A stretch of 58,744 bases of DNA, the filler included, from Sphacelaria rigidula (lineage: Eukaryota), in the NCBI GenBank assembly GCA_964200075.2. It is 4 parts of 4 records of this genome, joined end to end, with 100 filler letters (N's around TTAATTAATTAA, not from the genome) between each part and the next. Parts side by side here need not be neighbours in the genome. Positions count along the whole stretch, not along the records: positions 44,136 to 58,744 come from CAXNAA020002147.1; 3 more parts are not named here. One strand, 5' to 3'. How positions within the stretch are numbered: the stretch's first letter is position 1; every line of letters begins with the position of its first letter. A program made the translations under genes and the position numbers. Shown here piece after piece: positions 51,401 through 58,744 of this stretch. The notes beneath the pieces were generated by a model. That model ran no database searches. It saw only the letters and a program-made list of their open reading frames with translations, and was not told where the DNA came from.

Positions 51401-51484
51401 GAATTCTACGGCGATTAATACAGCACATCCTGAAGCACGGTAACATGAGTACTCACAGTTTCGGTGGATTCCAACCTTCGGCAT
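45478..51484 (-). CDS. RPS9: 40S ribosomal protein S9 (uS4), complete, 5 coding exons, 196 aa
   Basis: Exons 51484-51457 (MPKVGIHRN), 50128-49989 ([47 protein letters not shown]), 46948-46775 ([32 protein letters not shown]...RRLQTK), 46026-45959 ([23 protein letters not shown]) and 45658-45478 ([24 protein letters not shown]...EESDE*). All introns are GT-AG and phases are consistent; 591 nt in total. The sequence is recognisably uS4/S9. Confidence 0.97.
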
Positions 51485-52616
51485 GGTTACCGTGCAGTCG
51501 GGCGGCTGCCTACGGGGGAGAGGTGAGGGGAAGGAGGGGTGTGTACAACCACTCGCGGTGTTGAGACCGTCGTAATCAGGCGTGAATTATTTTATGTTTT
51601 TCGAAATAATACTCGAATATCGTACCAGTCCCGCAATGGGCCAAGCTCGAGCGTGGGAGCGGAATTCTGGTTGCAGTACGGCCACTGGTTGCTGTGTGAG
51701 AATGGGGGCTATGACGCCGATTATCGGTATAAGACAAGTATGTTCAGCTTTTGGTCTGCTCGCTGCTGTCGGAACAAAGGTGTGCGTGATACGTATTGGT
51801 TTGTACAACCGTGTTGCTGTTCAGTTTCCAGCTCAGATATCAGCCTAGATATGGAGATTCGAGTCGTGTTGTGAAGTACGCGCAAGAGCCAAGTCCACGA
51901 CCCAGATTATCTTGCTCTCGGCAACAGACCGCGATTGACCCTTCAGCAAAATCTAGTGTCTGTCATGCGGCAAGTCGCGTATAGATTCAAGAAAACGTGT
52001 GGGTCAGTAGCCGCACTGGAGAGGTACTCATATGCTGAGACGTCGGGCCTACGGGTTCACACAACACGCAAGTACACACACGACGTATAGAGTGTCAGTA
52101 CTTTCATGTACAGCAGTGGACGGTCTAACTATTTAGGAGTGTTTTGGGGTTTTCCTCGCGTACTACTCTTTGCTCGAAATTGCTGGCGTCGGTAAATTTT
52201 GGAACGACAAGACAGATCATCTTCGAAACACAGTGCCCAAGGCAATGTTAGTGCGTGTTATCGGGCGAAACGAGTAAATACCCCGTTTACCAGGAGGGTG
52301 TTATTGGCCGTGAAACACAGTTTTTCGGCCCTAGTGCACTGAGTAGACAGAATGTCGGAAAACTAAAACTGCACATTTCTTTAAAAATATAATCGGGACG
52401 GGCTCGATCGACCGAAAATACAGAAGAGTAAGAATCTGGGCTGAAACGTGGCATGACCGCCGACCGGTCAGCCCGTAGGTCGCTCAATATTGAGTACAGA
52501 TGATTTTTTCTTCTTGTAATGTGGAGCGGATACAAATATCTTCAGGTCGCTGATGTGGTAGGGGGTGGCACGCGAAAAGAGCCCAAGAAAATCGTCAATC
52601 ACGAAAAAATCACAAA

Positions 52617-55600
52617 ATGCAACAAAATGAATTGTTTCACCGCCCACTACTGTACTGTCTAGCCTGTCCTGCCTGTGCTCTGTCGTTACATGAGGAGGTA
52701 GCAGTAACGTACAGGCATTTCCACGGGACCAAGCGCTTTCCATACACCCAATAATTCCATCGTTTTCCTCGATGCCCTCTGTGGATGACTTCTCCCATCT
52801 CTCAGGCATTTGTACCTCCCCTGCGTGCGGTGCTGGTGGCTAGAGCACATGTGTGCCGCTCAAGCCTGGAGTGCTCCCGACGGTTGTCGCCAGGGAGCAG
52901 TCACCGAGCCAGGTTGGCAGGTTGGAGCCTTCGCGATTGCTACAGTTTGCCGAAGTCAACACTGGTGAGTTGGACAAGTATATATTTCGATATCCCCAGT
53001 CAGCTGGGGCGTTGCCTCTGACTGAACTATTTGTGCAGTGGTATCTTCAAGTTGACACGTCGCTGCTGCAGTTGCTCCTGTAAATCCAAGAGAAGATGAA
53101 AATTCGAGGATCCTGCAACCGAGGGAGAAATGGGCTGAAAGTGCGGATTCATTCCGAGAAAGTGGGAGAGGTTGTTGAAAGGTTGCACAGGCACCGTAGG
53201 TAAGGTACCGTACCGAGCGTACCCCCGGTATTTACCGCGGTAACCCATACCGTAGTATGCGTAGGTACCGTAGGTATAACATTTCAAAATACCGGATTGG
53301 GCGAGTACGGTAGGTACTGAAATCTCGAATTACCCTGGTACCGTAGGTATTAAAAATTCGAAATCCCCTGGTATCGTAGGTATGACATTTCAAAATACCG
53401 GATTGGATCGGTATCGGCAGGGTATGAGATGTCCCAAATACCGGTACCGGGTACCTGACTTACCCTCTGTGCCGAATTCATCATCTGGCAGTGCGAAGCG
53501 TTTCAGATCTGGGTGCAAGTTGGGCAGTCGAATTTTTCACAGGCACCGTAGGTGAGGTACCGTACCGAGCGTACCCCCGGTATTTACCGGGGTATCCCAT
53601 ACCGTNNNNNNNNNNAGGTACCGTACACATCGTAACCCCGGTATTTACCGGGGTATCCCATACCGTAGTATGCGTAGGTATCGGAGGTACGAGTTTTGAA
53701 AATACCCTGGTATCGTAGGTATCGTAGGTATGACATTTGAAAATACCGGTACCGGGTACCTGCCTTGCCTACGGTGCCTGTGAAAAGTTGGGAGTACGAC
53801 GAAACATAACAAAACATGTAAGTATGCTGCCACAGTCACTCACTCAACCCTTTGACTGAGAGCTTCGCCTCGGAGCAGTTTCACCGGCTGACAGTCAAGG
53901 GGTGTTCGGGGGTTTTGGTTTCTAGAGGGCTTGGGGGGGGTGGGGGGGGTGATTTTTGATGAGGAAATGGGCGGTCTTACGCCAAAAGAAGAAAAAAACA
54001 GAACAGAATCTGACATATTTTCGCCCCAAATACGCACGCACACACTGCATAACCCCAGATTCAGCAAGATGAGGTTGTTGTCTGCTGTCTACATGACATG
54101 TGGTCGAAGTTTCAGCGCGTGAAAGCTTTGACAGCGCTTGCACGGCCGTGCCTCCTGAAGCGAGCACATCTGCAGGCGATACCAAGATAGACACCGCGTA
54201 GAATGACATCATCCAGATTGTGCCCAGTATGGATCGATGTTTGTTTGCCGGGGCAGGAGCCACCCAGCAGGTCATGATGTGGAAGTGAGCGCATCTGCGT
54301 ATCAACATATGCATCCTCTGCCGTCTCACGCAGTGTGGGCAGAGGGGACTCCATTTTGAGGGCGTATCGATGGCGTTGTCCAAAATCCGTATTCGCTTCG
54401 TGCGTCTGGCGCACCACGTAAAACGTGCCGCCGATCCGGGAATATGCTATCTCTGTTGTGGTCTGCCTCTGTCCCAAGTTTCAGTCCGGTTCGTTCAGAC
54501 ACAGCGGAGAGATCCACAAGCAAAGTGACGCTTGACTTGTACTGAAAATACAGTACAAAACCGTCGAAAGATACATGAGGTGCGTATGATTCTTGTATGC
54601 GGGCATCTTGGCATTTGAGTTGCATATTTTTTTGTGGCGTGAGACTGTGGGTGCCTGTTCGCAGAATGACCGGAAAGCTCACTGAGTCAACCATGTTCGT
54701 TTGGAAGGCTCCCACGAAAAATTCTAAGCCAGGACAGAGGCCCGAGAGGAGAGAAGCGACCATTTTGATGGTTGGGACTGATCAGAATGGTCAGTTTGTT
54801 CCCTTGCAGATAGACCACGTAGCGAAGCCTTATTCGGCCGTTTGGGTAGCGACCACTCAACCATAGAAAACATAGGCAAATGGCGTGGCTTGATGTTACC
54901 AGCATAGCTCATAGCTCCAAACTGCGTTTGGTGTTGTTGTGAAACATCAGCAGCGTGCAGTAGACTGTGTTGAGTGGAGAGTGATGACACATGACCGTTC
55001 CATACCGTTGTACTCACTCGCTGTGGGAAAGTTCGCATGTTTGTACGGTGGTGTAGCAGCAGCGTTACAGATATTGAACGATGGGCTACGGTTGAGACGA
55101 TGCGACATGTATGTAAGATCAAGCAAGCTCGAGGTGTGCCAGCCCTGCCCCGAGAGTACTGCTGCGAGAGCATACATAGGGAAGGATGTGTGTTGTTTGC
55201 ATATATTGCAGCCGTGGCGGCTGCCAGCGTACACCATGTGCATACCATGAAAACATTTTACCCACCAAACTGCAAGTTGCCCGGCGAAGATATACACACT
55301 GACTCTGCATGCACTTGATTTGTGGCTCAAAACCGATCAGGGAGTCTTCGGGAATAATATTTTATGTGTAAGCACATGCTCATGAAAAAAGGCGCTTTTG
55401 CCCTTTGAAAAACAGCTGCTCTCCCCAACGTGGTCTAGTCCATCCGAGGTCACCTGCGGGAGGTTCGCGGTCAAAGCGTTGGGAGCAGTTTACCGCGCAG
55501 GACGGCCCTACGTTACCTTACGCGGGCAGAACCTTGGGAATATCGACTACGCGGCGAACGCAGCGCAGATGGACTTTCCTCGCTGCGCCATCGTCTGTCC

Positions 55601-57844
55601 CGCACTCATCCCTTCGACCGCTTGTTGTGGTGCAACGCATGCACTGTCCTTTTTTTTTGCGCGAAACAGTCGGCTGCAGAACAGTCGGTTGACAGCGGGG
55701 TGCAGCTGCCACCTGCCGAGAGCGTGGACGAGTACGCTACCTTTCTCGCGAAAGCAATCCGAACACATCTGGACGATGACTGGATGGAACAATCGTGCCA
55801 CGAAAACATCGGGGATGAGGTCGCGAAGTTGTTTCGCGAAGCCGTTGCAAAGGTGAACGCGTCGACTGTGCAGGCTCACAGCTGTGCGATATTGGATAAC
55901 CCGATGATTATGTGGGTGATCGGCCTAGGCTGAATCGTGAACGGACTTGCCCCCACCGTGTCTGCAGGTGCCATCAGCATGCTTCGTGACAATCGTGACC
56001 ATCTTGACGTATGCAGGCTCACACCCATTCGCCAAGAATGGACCATTGGCCAAGGATTAGTTACGGAAGTATAGTGAACCGAGCGCCAACAGTACTCCTA
56101 CCTTGGCCACGGATGTGCATTGCCACTAAATGTATCCGACATACAAACTATTGACTGCTTTTGGTCATAAGCGTAGCCGACCGCAATTACTGCAAATGGC
56201 CACCCTGGGATCTGATGAAACAACAAAGACGGAGGATTTTGGTCGATAAATAGGTACCAGTATCCCTCCACACCACACCCTACTATGCTAGCACCTCCCT
56301 CCCCCTCCCCCCATGGATCTAAAAACGTGTAGAAGAAATGTCGTCCGTGGGTATGGTCGATTCTTCATTTTTTGTTGGTTTTGGTGTAGGAGGTATTTCG
56401 TCATGATGACCCGCTGATGCCCGCAGTTTGAAATAGTAGTATGCCCTTTATACGATTGATCCGTGCGTGAGTGTTGGAGCATTGAGCGATGATATGGTTG
56501 ATTTGCTCGCCTCATGTATTGGAATATGATCAAATGAATGCCCAACTTGATTTACGTCTCCGATAATGTACATCCCTGATTTTGACCGTGTCTTGTCGGA
56601 CCAAACTTATTGCCAAACCCTCACGGGGCAAACGTTGAGTCAAACGCTAGCAGTATGGACTGCAAGTGCATCATCCCTCTAGATAACTTCTTGTCGCAGT
56701 CTACCGTATCTTGCCAGCCAATTTGTTTGACCTTTTGACCATGAGTTTTCACTTCATCATGTCACTGTAGCACACATTGCGCCCCATCTTCTTGTTATCC
56801 ACCTCGACCAGGGCACGGTGGACTTGAGCACTCTCGTGATGGACATCGGGACCGGTTTGGAAAAAATAGACATGGGAGACGCGTTTGTCGGGCCTTGGGA
56901 CATTGCCAACCTAGCTTCTGATTTCCTCATGGGGAAAATGGGGGCAGAAGTCAGCGGCTGCTCGATCACCGCCCCGTTAGTTTCCACTGCCGGGGATGAT
57001 GATTCTGGATCCAGCCGCACTTTCCGTTTTACGCAAGCAGACGTGGAGCGTGTAAAGAGCGACCTCACCAGCGAATTTTCTCGATATCGTTTCCTGAAGA
57101 ACTTCATGAACGAGGATCTCGATTGGACTGATGTGAACATAATCATGGCGGTATATCAAGGCTACACGCCTGTAGATGGCGGGGTGGCGACAGACGTGGG
57201 CGTGCGGAACGTGTGGCGAAGAACGTTTCCTGGGCCACAGCCACCGGATTTAGAAACGGCGGAAGGAGTGATGGAAGCTTTAGAACTAGACTATCCTGAC
57301 CTCCCAGATGTGGTGGAGGGGTTGAACGTGCTCGTCGAGACAGTCTACGGGGGGGAGGTCACACGGGTGCGTTCTGTTGGTGTCAGTCACTGACTAATTC
57401 ATGTCGTGTGTTGTTGAGCTTGAAGGCCTCCTAATACTTTCGCTTTGCGAGTGTATTGAAAAATGCTATCATGCAATCCTCTGATTTCAGTCGGAGGGGT
57501 TTTACCGAAGTCCATTGCTCCGTCTTGTTCCCGCCGTGGATATCGTATTTCATCATCGCGTTGACGTAAATCTCCAGCCTAATTGAAACAAGCGTGAGTA
57601 TGTGGCATGTGTTCGCATCTGACCCTTTGCCATTGACCGCTCACCGTATCGCATTTTTACGCAGATTGAAGCGGGGAACCCAGACACTGGGGTGCCGGCC
57701 AACAAAGGATTCCTGTTGCGATCAACAATCTGCAAGTGGTTGTACATGATGGGGTTTTTGAACGACGATATCAAGCGAGCCCCTGATGATGTCCAGACCA
57801 TTTCGGACCTGGCTACTGGGAGGGTGCAGCTGAAGTCCATGTGA
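52617..57844 (+). CDS. Putative plastid-targeted protein of unknown function: cyanobacterial-type 'LDxxW/F' domain plus a DUF1823-like domain
   Basis: Phase-0 GT-AG exons 52806-52964 (AFVPPLRAVL...), 55670-55852 (SAAEQ...YATFLAKAIRTHLDDDWMEQSCHENIGDEVAKLFREAVAK), 56812-57366 (GTVDLSTLVMDIGTGLEKIDMGDAFVGPWDIANLASDFL...VYGGEVTR) and 57665-57844 (IEAGNPD...FLLRSTICKWLYMMGFL...KSM*) splice into one open frame. A tentative first exon 52617-52703 (MQQNELFHRPLLYCLACPACALSLHEEVA) would give a signal-peptide-like sequence before the ASAFAP-type 'AFVP' motif. Confidence 0.8.
53186..53782. mobile_element. Two tandem copies (53186-53473, 53538-53782) of a GGTACC-rich MITE inside an intron
   Basis: TIR cacaggcaccgtagg...cctacggtgcctgtg; internal ggtaccgtagg/ggtatcgtagg subrepeats. 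Confidence 0.8.
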
Positions 57845-58744
57845 TTGATTTGTACACAATTGTAGTATTTAAGGTAGCTATTGCTTGTTGTGAGTGCTAT
57901 TCTGTGCTGGAATAAATGATCGTTCGTGGGTGTCAGTGTTTGTCGAATTAATTGCTCTCCGCAAGTCTGTCTGCCCAAGGCTCCCTAATCTGTTGACTGC
58001 AAGTATGCACTCGTCTGTTTACGGTGGTTTGGAGCAGCCGCACCTCTTTTCTTTCCCACGTTCTCTGGTGATGAATTGTACTTACGGGGCGTGCTCAACT
58101 GAGGAGTGCTCGGTCTTTCTCATGGAGTCGAGATTGGCAACCCCTTCACTTTGGACCTGATTTTCATAAGGACCCAGGTGTTGATGTTTCACAAAAGGGT
58201 TGAGACTGTGATTTTTGCATTCCCACTTTTTACGCCGTATTCTCTACGACCAAACTTTGGGGAATTGGGTTTCTACCGCCAAAGGAACATCGACAGCTCA
58301 GGGTCGTACCGAAGCAGCAGCGATACGAAAATATGTTCGCGGAACTGGATTTCCCTGTTCTCGACCACCACTCAAGGATGGACAGACAGTGCGGAAGTGT
58401 TGGCCGAAAACACGATGGGCGATATTCACCAACAACGCTAACCCATAAAGCTGTACCGCTCCCACGCGTTATACAATTCGGGAACTGCTCATACCACCTT
58501 GCGGTATGCGGAATGTGGGTTCAGTCGACGATCAATGCTGCACGTCGTAGCATGTGCTGGCCAAACTTGTAGATTTTTTTGAATGGTCCATCCCTTCCCT
58601 TCCTGCTAGCGTACTCGACATGCCACTTCGACTTGTGATTTCGAAATGTACACACGCTGGATGGCGATACTCTTTATCCCCCCCCCCTCCATCAGCCTGG
58701 TCCGGCGAGAACCCGGCGTGCTCCGTCCCGGCTTTGTAGGGGCG

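Noticed and set aside
58106..58572. Further exons of the plastid-protein gene
   Set aside because: The gene already terminates in frame at TGA 57842-57844; these ORFs show no recognisable homology.

Overview
Eukaryotic, intron-rich and repeat-rich DNA, most likely from a brown alga (Phaeophyceae). That assignment is inferred from 72-nt LRR exons, an 'AFVPP' bipartite plastid-targeting motif and the repeat families present. The window is not one locus. It is four scaffolds of near-identical, descending length (1-14615, 14716-29326, 29427-44035, 44136-58744) joined by 100-bp N/TTAATTAATTAA/N linkers. Segment 1 holds part of a minus-strand phosphate-carrier-like mitochondrial carrier gene, several MITE/mariner remnants, and a decayed unclassified element with a coiled-coil ORF. 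Segment 2 holds tRNA-derived SINEs, decayed coding-like DNA and two single-LRR exon cassettes; one has a GC donor, the other is frameshifted and bracketed by an exact 127-bp direct repeat. Segment 3 holds a decayed chromodomain-bearing Ty3/Gypsy LTR retrotransposon, a foldback element and orphan exons. Segment 4 holds a complete 5-coding-exon RPS9 (uS4) gene. Head-to-head with it is a plastid-targeted gene that appears to fuse two cyanobacterial-type domains of unknown function. All homology calls come from motif recognition by eye; no searches were run.
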